In this document: positions 26,771 through 38,400 of the stretch, in pieces
How positions within the stretch are numbered: the first letter of the stretch is position 1
Layout: every line of letters starts with the position of its first letter
Origin: Pristiophorus japonicus
Lineage: Eukaryota
DNA: 64,000 nucleotides
Assembly (NCBI RefSeq): GCF_044704955.1
Contig: NC_091999.1
Location: forward strand, 13,950,001-14,014,000
Direction: 5' to 3'
Made by a program: the position numbers and the translations under genes
Notes under the pieces: generated by a model
What the model saw: only the letters and a program-made list of their open reading frames with translations
Told to the model about the DNA's origin: nothing
Database searches by the model: none

Positions 26771-27519
26771 GTGCTTTTCTCCCGAACGTGAGTTAAACAC
26801 ACAGCCGCTCAATTAATTATATTTCCTATTTTTGCCAATGTGAGGGCTGTTTATCTGAAGTAGGGTGTTTGCGAGTCTCGGGTCCAAGGCTTATGCAGCC
26901 AGCGCTCCCAGCTCAGATACAGCATGGGTTAGAGACTGGGTGAATGAAGTTTTCTCATTACAGGATTCCTGAAAGTAACTTCAGCAGAGAGAGAGTAAAG
27001 GGTAATTTTAACTCACTGTACCTCTCACACCCACCAGCGAGAGGGGAACGGGAAATGTGTAATTCACGTAACCCCCACTGCCCCTCCCGCAGGGAGATGG
27101 GAAGTGAACCACGCTCTTTTAAATGGACTAAGTTGCCATCAGTACAATGTCACATTCTAACCCATGGTCTAAAGATTTTAAACTTGCCATATGAATATTA
27201 TATTCTGAAATAACTATTTATTCCGCGTAATATTTTTAAATAGTGTTGGGGGTGCAACAGTCCCTGTTAATTGTAAACTAACATGCTGAATTCAATGGGC
27301 CATATCTAAACTGGTGATTGTATCCTCTGTGGGTTTCTCACAGTTGTGTCCCTGATGTTTCTGACGCCCATCGGTTGAATTGTTGCAATCCTTCAGCTGA
27401 CGTCACATTGCGTCTCACACAGAACACATTTACACAGAGCAGGGAGAATACATGTGAAAGTGAGTTTATCTGTGTTCATATATAAGTGTGTTGAAGATTT
27501 TGTGTAAGTGTGTGTGTTT

Positions 27520-28750
27520 TTGTGTAAGTGCACAATTACACATAAACACTCATAGACTTACATATAAAGACACACTAACACTCTGGCACATAATATTAAA
27601 CATAACTAGAATATAATGGAAACCTTCATTGTCCAATCCAGTTATTGGTACTCTCTGAAACTTTGAACAATAGCAATAATACATGTCAATCCAAACACAC
27701 ACTTACACAACACATACTTACACACACTTACACACACATAGACACACACATCAATCCACACACATGTTTACAGAAAACACATTTACATACACTCACACAC
27801 ACACAAATACACACATAAATCCACACACACACTTACACAAAACACACTTACACACACATAAACATATACATCAATCTGCACAAACACACTTACACAAAAC
27901 ACATTTACACACATATCAACACATACAGCAATCCACACACACACTTACACAAAACACACTTACACACGCATAAACACTTACATCAATCCACACACACACT
28001 TACAAAACACACTTACACACACATAGACGCACACATCAATCCACACACACACAGTTACATAACACACTTACTCACACATACACACATACATCAATCCACA
28101 CACACACACACACACTTACAAAAACACACTTACACACACACACACATAATTACACACATCAATCCACACACACACTTACACAAAACAACACACACAATTT
28201 TACCTGCAAATCCATTGTTACACATAAACACACACACGCTTACACCTAAACATGAACAAACACTGAGACATAGCCATACACTTACAGTGAAGCACTCACC
28301 TGAACACACTTCCACAAGCATGAACACGCATATAAATCCAAACACACACTGACACAAAACACACACACACAAACTTACATGTAAACACACTGTTACACAA
28401 AAACTCACACACACACACACACACTTACACCTAAACATAAACAAACACTTAGACTTAACCATACACATACAGTTACAGGGAAACACACACATGAACACAC
28501 TTGCACACAAACATACACACACACATGCACACACAAACCCTTAGACATGAACATGCTTACACATAAATGTACACACACTCACCTGCACCAAATCGCACAC
28601 TCACAATTACATATAAACACAAACACTTACATATAAACACACGCACTCTTACACAAAACATAAACAAAGACTTACACACACATACACAATCTTACAAATA
28701 AACACACGTACAACCCCACAGATCAACACCCTCACAGGGAAACACAAACA
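27520..28750. repeat. CA-rich low-complexity / minisatellite tract in the CH4-TM intron
   Basis: Repeated acacacttacac and catcaatccacac motifs. Confidence 0.9.
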
Positions 28751-29416
28751 CGGACTAATCCAGAACAAGAGATATAGTGATATACAGTGATATAAACACT
28801 AAAGAGCACAAACAAAAACGAAGAACGTAGAACTAAATTGCAGTTTTTGGATGGACAATGTATCCAACGCTTGGCCTGAAAAATAATTCCTGATACCATA
28901 ACATCTCACATTTCACTATTCTGGCCTTTCACATACACTGGATCAATGTAGTTGTTGCAAACTGACACAAGTTATTTATGTTCAGAGCATTGCCGTAACA
29001 AATAAAAAAAAGGTTATAACTCACAACTGGTCTCTTACAAAGCCTCCTTGGCAGCCTCCAACTAAATAACTACCTTAACCTATCCAGCTGCAAACTTGCC
29101 TTGATGTTTCATCACATTATTCCTGAGTGATAGATCATAGCAAAGTCATTCAAAATCAATTAGCCTCTGACATGGAAGAAGAACTATCATATTTTCCAAA
29201 ACGGACTATAGCTGGATCATAAAGGAAGAGCGGCTGTGGAGTGAGGAACAGAGAGAGATTGCTGAGAGTGATTAACTTAACACAAGATATACATTGACAG
29301 TTAAATTAGAGAGCAAACTAATACCTTAAGGGAAAGAAAAGAGAACATAAAATAATAGTATGATACCCAGAATTAATAAACGATCTGAATATATTTCCTT
29401 CCCTACATCCCCGTAG

Positions 29417-29544
29417 ATTCCTCAGACCACATGTGGAGTGAAGAGTATGAGGACGAGAACAGCAACATCTGGACAACAGCTTCCACATTCATCATCCTGT
29501 TCTTCCTGAGCATTTCCTACAGCGCCGCCGTCACTCTGGTGAAG
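29417..29544 (+). pseudogene. ighm: IgM TM1 exon
   Basis: Acceptor ccccgtag, donor gtggga. [43 protein letters not shown]: acidic spacer plus the conserved antigen-receptor TM motif. Confidence 0.93.
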
Positions 29545-29684
29545 GTGGGAAGATTCAATCCGCTCACACTTCCATCTGACTGAAGCGGTTTGATAAATCT
29601 CTGGATGTTTCATTAATAAAAACCCTGAGATAAATGCCCCAGACCACTAAATCTTGGCTTCATTCTTTTATCCCACTTTTACAG

Positions 29685-29693
29685 CTCAAGTGA
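29685..29693 (+). pseudogene. ighm: IgM TM2 exon coding part (L-K-stop)
   Basis: Acceptor ttttacag then CTC AAG TGA. AATAAA at 29755 and 29785. The cytoplasmic tail is KLK instead of the usual KVK. Confidence 0.8.
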
Positions 29694-30047
29694 TGGTCTG
29701 AATTTCGGCCGCATTGGATTTTCTTCATCTGTTTATCATCTCTGTGCCCCTAAAAATAAACTATGTCCTTTTGGTGATTCTCAGAATAAAGTGCCTTTAA
29801 TTAATAGATCCGAATCGGTAGCTGAGAAATATATACCTGGGATTTCCGTCTTTCTGTTTGAAATGTGTGCGATAATTGTGGCTGTAATGTAACTGTGTCT
29901 CAGAGTTTCACTGTGCCTTGAATATTTCATGTGTAAATAAGTAACTTTTTTCATTCCTATTCACAATTGTTCCCTTCCCTTTATGCTGAGCCCCTGTTCT
30001 CTCTCTCTGGTGTCTGTCACAGTTGTGCAGATATCTGGCAGCTCCGC

Positions 30048-30465
30048 CATAAGAACATAAGAAATAGGAGCAGGAGTAGGCCCTATGGCCCCTTGGGTCT
30101 GCTCCACCATTCAATAAGATCACGGCTGATCATCGAACACAACTCCACTTTCCCGCCCGATAGCCATATCCCTTGCTTCTCCTAGAGTCCAAAAATCTAT
30201 CTATTTGAGCCTTGAATTTATTCAGAGACTTAGCATCCAAAGCCCTCTGGGGCAGGGAATTTCAAACATTAACAACCCTCTGAGTGAAGAAATTCCTCCT
30301 CATCTCTGTCTTAAATGGCCAATCCTTTATCCTCAGGGAGTGCTCCCGAGTTCTAGACTGTCCATCCAGGGGAAACAAAGTTTCAGCATTTACCTCAGAA
30401 TCTTATGTTTCAATCAGATCACCTCTCATTATTCTAAACTCCAGAGAGTACAGGCCCAATCCACC
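30048..30465 (-). mobile_element. CR1 3' fragment
   Basis: cataagaacataagaaataggagcagg tail and the antisense KKFLLISVLNG signature. Confidence 0.85.
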
Positions 30466-30879
30466 TGTGTTCGGTTCTCAATGTATTGCTCAGTTATATT
30501 CACTTTTGTTCACTTTTTTAAACTTCCCTGTAAATTGTTTTCTGTGAAATTGCTAATAAATCTGAAATGACAAATGAACTAACTTGGACTTTGCTGTAGT
30601 CCTTTCTCCACGGCTCCTCCACACCGCTCCATTTACCCTGTCACACTCTGTTTTATTTCTGACAGGTCTGTTTCACCAGTCCTGTCTGGGTTGTGATAGA
30701 AACCAGGTCCTGTTGGTGAAGGACCCACTGCGCCACCCAGTGTCCCATCGGAGTAAAGACATCTTTACCGCTGCCTTGTTGTATCCGGTCCCAGAGCAGT
30801 CTCCTCTAATATTATGGTCTGTCACAGTCACAAGGCAGGTTCTATTAAAAAGCAGTACTCTGCTCCATCACAGCTTGAT

Positions 30880-31197
30880 ATAGATCAGTATACGTCAGAG
30901 TAAGTCTTCCTCTACACTGTCCTGTCAAACTCTCCCAGGGCAGGTACAGCACGGGATAGATACAACGTAAATGTCCCAAAACAACCTCCCATCAAACACT
31001 CCCAGGGCAGGTACAGCACGGGTTAGGTATAGAGTAAAGCTCCCTCTGCACTGTCCCATCAAACACTCCCAGGGCAGGTACAGCACGGGTTAGATACAGA
31101 GTGAAGCTCCCTCTGCACTGTCCCATCAAACACTCCCAGGGCAGGTACAGCACGGGTTAGATACAGAGTAAAGCTCCCTCTGCACTGTCCCATCAAA
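30880..31197 (+). repeat. 67-bp tandem repeat (about 4-5 units), same family and orientation as 16630-18730
   Basis: Period 67 (cccatc at 31055 and 31122). Confidence 0.9.
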
Positions 31198-31699
31198 AGT
31201 CGCAGGACAGCGAAAGCACTGGTTTGAAAACTGACACAGACACCGAGCACAACCTTGGGGAATGATTCCCAGAGCCCGCTGCCAATCGGACACGCTCTCT
31301 CCGCTGTTTTCTGTTATACACCCCGACTCTCTATTTTCCAATTGAATACACAGAAAGGCTCCAGCTTTTCGACAATATTTCAGTGCCCGCGAGTATTATT
31401 GTGCTTTCTCCGCTGGTGGGCTCGGTTGGAGCAGGTTGTATGATCGCCGGGAAAAGTCCAATTCTGATCTGATACCATTTAATTTTGACCAGGCTAAGTA
31501 TGCGAGTGGAGCCCTCCTCTCGGGGAGGGCACTTGGACAAGGATTTTTGGTTTTGGATCAGCCTCTTTAAAGACTTCCGTGTCCAAACGTTTTAAATAGA
31601 CCGAGGAGCAAAGTAACCACCTTCAATCCTGCTCTAATCTCAGCAACACCCATTAACACTGACACTCTGTCTCCTGTTTCCAGATTACAGTTCGCCCTA

Positions 31700-33320
31700 C
31701 TGGAATTAACAATGGGGAAAGTGGAGATGGCAGAAACTCTGAACAAATATTTTGCATCAGTCTTTACGGTACAGGACACTAGCAATATTCCGACAGGGGA
31801 TGGTAGCAAAGGGGCTATAGCGCGGGAGGAAGTTAAGACAATCACAATCACTAAGGGGGTGTTAATCAGTAAGATAATGAGACTAAAGTCAGGACCTGAT
31901 GGCTTGCATCCCACGGTCTTAAAAGAAGTCACGGTAGGGATTGTAGATGCATCGGTTGTAATTTACCAAAATTCCCTGGATTCTGGGGAGGTCCCAGCAG
32001 ATTGGAAAATTGGAAATGTAACGCCCCTATTTAAAAAAGGAGGCAGACAAAATGCAGGAAATTTTGACCAGTTAGCCTAACATCTGTGGTTGGGAAAATG
32101 TTGGACTTCATTATTAAAGAAGCAGTAGCAGGACATTTGGAAAAGCAAAATTCGGTCAGGCAGAGTCAGTGTGAATTTATGAAGGGGAAGTCATGCTTGA
32201 CAAATTTGCTGGAGTTCTTTGAGGATGTAACGAACAGGGTGGATAAAGGGGAACCAGTGGATGTGGTGTATTTGGACTTCCAGTGGCATTTGTCAAGGTG
32301 CCACATAAAAAGTTACTGCACAAGATACATTTCACTGGATTGGTGGTCATATAGTAGCATGGTCACATAGAGGATTGGCTAACGAACAGAAAACAGAGAT
32401 TAGGGAAAAATGGTTCATTCTCTGGTTGGCAACGAGTAACTAGTGAGGTGCCGCAGGGATCAGTGCTCGGACCCAACTATTTACTATATATATTAACGAC
32501 TTGGAAGAAGGGACTGAGTGCAATGCAGCCAAGTTTGCTGATGTTGCAAAGATGGCCGGAAAAGCAATGTGTGAGGAGGATATAAAAAATCTGCAAAAGG
32601 ACACAGACAGGCTAAGTGAGTGGGCAAAAATTTGGCAGATGTTGGAATGTGTGACGTCATGCACTTTGGCAGAAAAACAATCGAAGAGCAAGTTATTATT
32701 GAAATGGAGAAAGATTGCCAAGTGCCGTAGTACAGCGGGACCTGAGGGTATTTGTACATGAAACAAAAGGATCGCATGCAGGTACAGCAAGTGATCAGGA
32801 AGGCCAATGGTATCTTGGCCTTTATTGCGAAGGTGATGGAGTATAAAAGCTGGAAAATCTTGCTAAAGCTATATAAGGTATTGGTGAGGCCATCACCTGG
32901 AAAACTGCGTGCAGTTTTGGGGTTTCCATATTTACGAAAGGATATACTTGCTTCGGGAGCAGTTCAGAGAAGGTTTACTAGATTGACTCCGGGGACGAGG
33001 GGGTTGACTTCTGAGGAAATGTTGAATGGGTTGGGCCTCTACTCATTGGAATTCAGAAGAATGAGAGGTGATCTTATCGAAACGTAATAAATCTGTGTAA
33101 TTTGCTGCCTCAGAGAATTATGGAAGATGGGTCATTGAATACATTTTAGGCAGAAATCGACAGTTTCTTAAATGATAAGTGTATGAGGGTTATGGGGAGC
33201 GAGCAGGGAAGTGGAGCTGAGTCCATGATCAGATCAGCCATGATCGTATTGAATGGCGGAGCAAGCTCAAGGGGCCGTATGTTCTACTCCTGTTCCTATT
33301 TCTTATGGTCTTATGTTCTT
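31700..33320 (+). mobile_element. CR1 LINE, 5'-truncated, degenerate
   Basis: GPDGLHP, DWKIGNVTPLFKKG, KSCLTNLLEFFE, AKFAD, YSLEFRRMRGDLIET; 3' tail present. Confidence 0.92.
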
Positions 33321-33327
33321 CTGTTTT

Positions 33328-33542
33328 ACTCTGCTACATTCCCTTTGATACCATCTCCCCGAGCTCACTGAACCCCACCCCAGGGATGCTGTCTCCCTGC
33401 TCTGCTACATTCCATCTGATACCATCTCCCTGAACTCCATGAACTCACTGAACATCACCCCAGGGATCCTGTCTCCCTGCTCTGCTACGTTCCCTCTGAT
33501 ATCATCTCCCTGAACTCACTGAAGATCACGCAGGGATCCACC
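33328..33542. repeat. Local tandem repeat, 3 units of about 70-80 bp
   Basis: ctctgctacattccc...tgataccatctccc...ctcactgaa...cagggat appears three times. Confidence 0.75.
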
Positions 33543-33831
33543 AGTGTCATTTGCTCCCTGTTTCGGTGAACGTTGGGAACCCTGCCCTTCACCATATGAT
33601 CTTTCATTTGGAGCCTCCCGACCACGGAACACCCCCAAGATTTCTGGTCACATCGGAGTATCTTCTGATTTTTTCCTTCTAATGCCGCGCTGCTCTTCCT
33701 CTAAACTCATGGGCTCCAGTCCTGAGGTCTTCTGTAGTAGAATAGCACTTCAGGTTGGCGGGAGGGAAGATTAATCGGCGCTGCTGAAGGGGCTTGGAGT
33801 GAGTTTGGGAATGGATGCAGTTGGTGACTAA

Positions 33832-35428
33832 TGTAATATATCTCCTGTTGACATATGTTAAAAGTTAGAATTAAGAAGCTTATTTTACATGTGTGTAATT
33901 AATGAATAATCTTTATGTTTGTAACTTCCTGTATATGCATTGATTGCCTGTAAAACTAGTGTATAAATGATAGAATATGGCCGAGTAACATAAAATTGTG
34001 TTTAAAATGGCCAAAGGCTGAGAAGCAAAGCATCATGCTAAATTGAGTCATTATTATGTTATCCATTTTTGTAACTGCTGATGAAGCTTCATTTAGAAAT
34101 AGAAAGGTCAAGGCCAAAATTATTAATCAATAAGATAAAGGTATGCAGCACCTATCAGTTCTTATCATAATTTTGTAAAGCCAAGCTCAGTAATGAATTC
34201 TGTGTGACATGTTCTGTATAATTGTTCTCAGAGAAGTGATTCCTGCCACAGAGAGGGAGGGGAGATAGAGATAACATAGTAGGCCAAAGGCAGTAGAAAA
34301 TATGATCTGTTGTTAGTCATCAACAGCTGTAGATTTTCACAGCATTTGAATGGGAAAAAATGGTATAAAGTAACAGCTCTTCTACTCAGAAGGCAGTGCG
34401 AATCAAGAGAATAGGAGATAAGGAGTCGGCACCACGGTCATCTCAAGAGGACACTATCGAGAATTAGGCTGTGACTATAATTTGTTAAGTATTACTTTTT
34501 GTAACAGAACCTAATTTTCTTGATAAAACTCTGTTTTTTACTCAATAAACTTCTATTAAAAGCATTTGTTATTACATGAACAAGGGTCTCCTAGTTTGAA
34601 TTAAATATAAACCCTAAGAATAGTTGAATTGCTATAGTTAGCAAAGCGGCAAAATGCTGGCGACCACGAAGAGACAAAACAAAGAGATATTGTACAAAAT
34701 ACAATATACTCATTAAACAAGTTAATTGGGGACTCTTCTAATTTTTTCTCTCCATTTGAAAACAGGTTGTTGTGTGTCACCAGCAGATGCAAGGCAGATC
34801 GTTTGATCACCGATCAACCCTTGTGTCGGGTTGATTTACGTCAACTGATAGTGACTATTATCTTTGTTGAGGAAGCTTACTTAAAAATAACTAACTTTCA
34901 GATGCCGGAGGTGTGTCTCTTGGAAGAGTATCAGAAAAAGTTAGAAAAAGATGTGACGAAACGCAAGTGCAGACACTGTTGGTAGACTGCCGAGGGAATA
35001 ATCCGAATGTATCCCTTAAGGATGCGGTCACTTTTATTGATGAACAGATTAAAGTAAGAAATGGAAGCTGGGTAAGGCGACGAGTCTAGTCACCTATACA
35101 GCTTCGTACTTCGCAGGACGTGAATCAAAGGTCAAGAAAGAATTAGAGTATAAAATATCAGAACTGGAAAAACAAAATTCGGCAAAGAATGAAGAATTGC
35201 AGAAAATAGATTCAGACATTAAATAGAAAATTGTGAATTTGCAGAGTCTATTTGCCTCAGCTACTGGAGTAATGCAACAGCAGAGTATCAATGCATTCAC
35301 GTATGGACTGCAATGTAAACAATTAGGAAATCTTGAGATTTAAAAAGATCGAAGCAGAGAGAATAACCGTCTCACCAAACAATTAAAAGTCTCATGGGGA
35401 GCAATGAGGGAGGATTTGCATCGACTCC
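33832..35428 (+). mobile_element. ERV-like element A: 5' LTR (about 33832-34651), PBS tRNA-Arg(TCG), degraded gag-like start
   Basis: TGTAA start, TATAAA near 34364, AATAAA near 34544. PBS TGGCGACCACGAAGAGAC at 34658-34675, one mismatch to the complement of the tRNA-Arg(TCG) 3' end as I recall it. Confidence 0.65.
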
Positions 35429-38400
35429 TGTAAGGGATAAATTGTAAGGTTGCAAATAGCGGCTCAGAATTATGATGAAGGTAGTGAACTTATAATTGCC
35501 TATGTAGGTAACACTGGCTTATGCAGGAACAGCACAAATGTATAACGCATTGAACTGAATCCGTAACCTCTGTAATACTTAAACAGCCGGTCAGCAGTTT
35601 TTTGTAAGTCCCTGAGGAAGAGATAAATAAGCAAGCACAACTACTTTAGATTAGTCATCAGATAGGCTGGGGTAGAGGGAAAAATGGAACAAAACAATGA
35701 TGAGATATGAACAGTTGCATTTACCACTCAGAGTCCGTCGGATAAGAGTCGACAAATCAATGTAACTTCGCTGATAACAATCGACCTATCGATGATTTTG
35801 CAGGATGATAGCTCCTCTCCAAAACCTGTATAAGTTGTGCTTGAAAACTCTTGTATTTCGGAGGTTCCACGACTGAACCTTCCCTTGCAATTGCTCATAA
35901 TAAAAGCCGGATGAACCTGGGATCTCGTGTGTTCACTTCCGTGGTCGTTATTCAGTGGGAGAAGGGCAAGGTGTCGATTAACTGTACCAGTTAGTCCACG
36001 TCGAAGGAGAGAAGCTTCCTTTTACCCCAACAGACGGGCAGGTGTCGACTAACTATATTAGTTAGTCCACCTTGAAGAAGAGAAGCCTCCTTTTTAACCC
36101 CTACATTTGGCGTCATGAACAGGATGCAGACCCTCTGACCTGGATGATGTGACAGCTAAATGGCAGTGAGCATGTTTTGTACCACCTGCAGCTGTAGCAT
36201 TGACGGGGAAGGAGCTTATCTGTATAAATAATTAGAAGGGGTAGCTGTAGGACAAGTTATAACAGAAGGCTGAAAACCAAGGGTGGAATAGGTGTATTGC
36301 CTGAAAAAGAAGGAATACAACCTAAGGAGGAGTGGACCCCAGCGATCGTTAGAGGAAATATAAGGTGTATGTCCTGAAGCATGACATGGTAATAACACAG
36401 TGAAGCTGGTATTGATTGTGCGCAGTGCAAACAAGAAGGAATTCAAGCTAAAAAGTGGGGTGGGACCCCAGGATCCTAGGAAAACTGGCCAGTGGGATAA
36501 AATGCTAGCTGAAATAAATGGAAAATTAATAAAAGAAAAGAAAAATGTTGGAAAAACAAATTGAATTTACAAAGGACAGTTTGTTTTTATCAAAAGATAC
36601 AAATGCGAACTTGAAAGCTGCAGCTGCTAGAAAGAGAAACAAAGATGTTGAGGAAAATGGACTGGAGAAAGATCAGCAAATTACAAAACCTAATTTAAAG
36701 AAACGAGATTTAAATTGGCTGTGAAACAGATATTGGTTTAATTATAAAAACTTATGAGTTAAATCCGACAAAGCTTTGTGTTGAGAAAGAGAAACAAAGA
36801 TGTTTAACTATGGACTGGAGTAAGGTCATCAAAAAATGATTAAGTTCGGATTCAAAAGTGGGAAATGTTCTAAGCTATACGAACTCAGCACAGAAAGAAA
36901 AAACTGGGAATTACAGAATTCTTAAAAAAGATGGACCAGCACCGAGATTTAGATTTTGTGAGGAGAGAAATAAAACATAAGATTTGCTCAGTGAACGGGA
37001 CCATAAAAAAACCAAACTGCTGGAATGTATATAGATTGCGTGGAAATTGGATTTCTGCAAACAGAATAGCTGTTAAAATGTGTGGTCTCGCTTTAAATCA
37101 ATGAAAAACTCGTTGGCAAGTATTTGAATTGGATGTGTAGAGAAATTGGAGTTTAATCGAAAATGCTGCCTTTCCCGATGAGGTTTTATTTTGACAACTT
37201 TACTAATGATTTCTGCTATTTTAATGGATTCCTAATTTCTTAGCAAGTTTTGAAAGCACAAAGAATTGGGGAAAAATTTTCAGATGAATACCCGAAGTCA
37301 AGCAATGACGTCAGACCTTCTTACAAACCTGTAAAGGAGTTAACCCTTTCCATTGACAGCTGTTTTATACTGGACATTATTAATTTGGATTTCTTAATAA
37401 AAGAAAGAAGACTCGCCTGACAGACAGAGGAAATGGTGAGATAGTCAGAATAAAAATAAAACAAAGAAAGCCTATGTAATAATACTCGCCTGCTACAGAG
37501 GACAGATAGATACTCAAACAAAACAAACTCAAGAGTTAATAGCTAAGATAAATAAGCTGGCTGAGATAAAGACAGGACCAGATGGATAGCACCATCACCT
37601 ACGGTAATAGAGACAATGTACCCCACGGTGGTAAGTGTAGTGCACAACCCCAACCTAACAGTCATCAGACAGGGATAATGAGTGCGGAGTAGAGGGGCCC
37701 CCGGCACAAGATTATGGCTATTTATCAGTGGCACCGATATGCACTACCACCATTCGCTCCAGCGGACGTAGAGCAGCCCACATTACCATACAGGAGATAC
37801 CCCTCAGCCCACAGGAAACAAATTCTATTGAATAAGTTGTCAACCGTGAAAGCAACATAGTAGAAACATAGAAACATAGAAACATAGAAAATAGGTGCAG
37901 GAGTAGGCCATTCGGCCCTTCTAGCCTGCACCGCCATTCATGGCTGAACATGCAACTTCAGTACCCCATTCCTGCTTTCTCGCCATACCCCTTGATTCCC
38001 CTAGTAGTAAGGACATCATCTAACTCATTTTTGAATATATTTAGTGAATTGGCCTCAGCAACTTTCTGTGGTAGAGAATTCCACAGGTTCACCACTCTCT
38101 GGGTGAAGAAGTTTCTCCTCATCTCGGTCCTAAATGGCTTACCCCTTATCCTTAGACTGTGACCCCTGGCTCTGGACTTCCCCAACATTGGGAACATTCT
38201 TCCTGCATCTAACCTATCTAAACCCATCAGAATTTTAAACGTTTCTATGAGGTCCCCTCTCATTCTTCTGAACTCCAGTGAATACAAGCCCAGTTGATCC
38301 AGTCTTTCTTGATAGGTCAGTCCCGCCATCCCGGGAATCAGTCTGGTGAACGTTCGCTGCACTCCCTCAATAGCAAGAATGTCCTTCCTCAAGTTAGGAG

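Noticed and set aside
22020-29693. IgW or IgNAR instead of IgM
   Set aside because: Four CH exons, the [10 protein letters not shown]...SCQ tailpiece and the DSSDH...VTLVK TM exon match shark mu.
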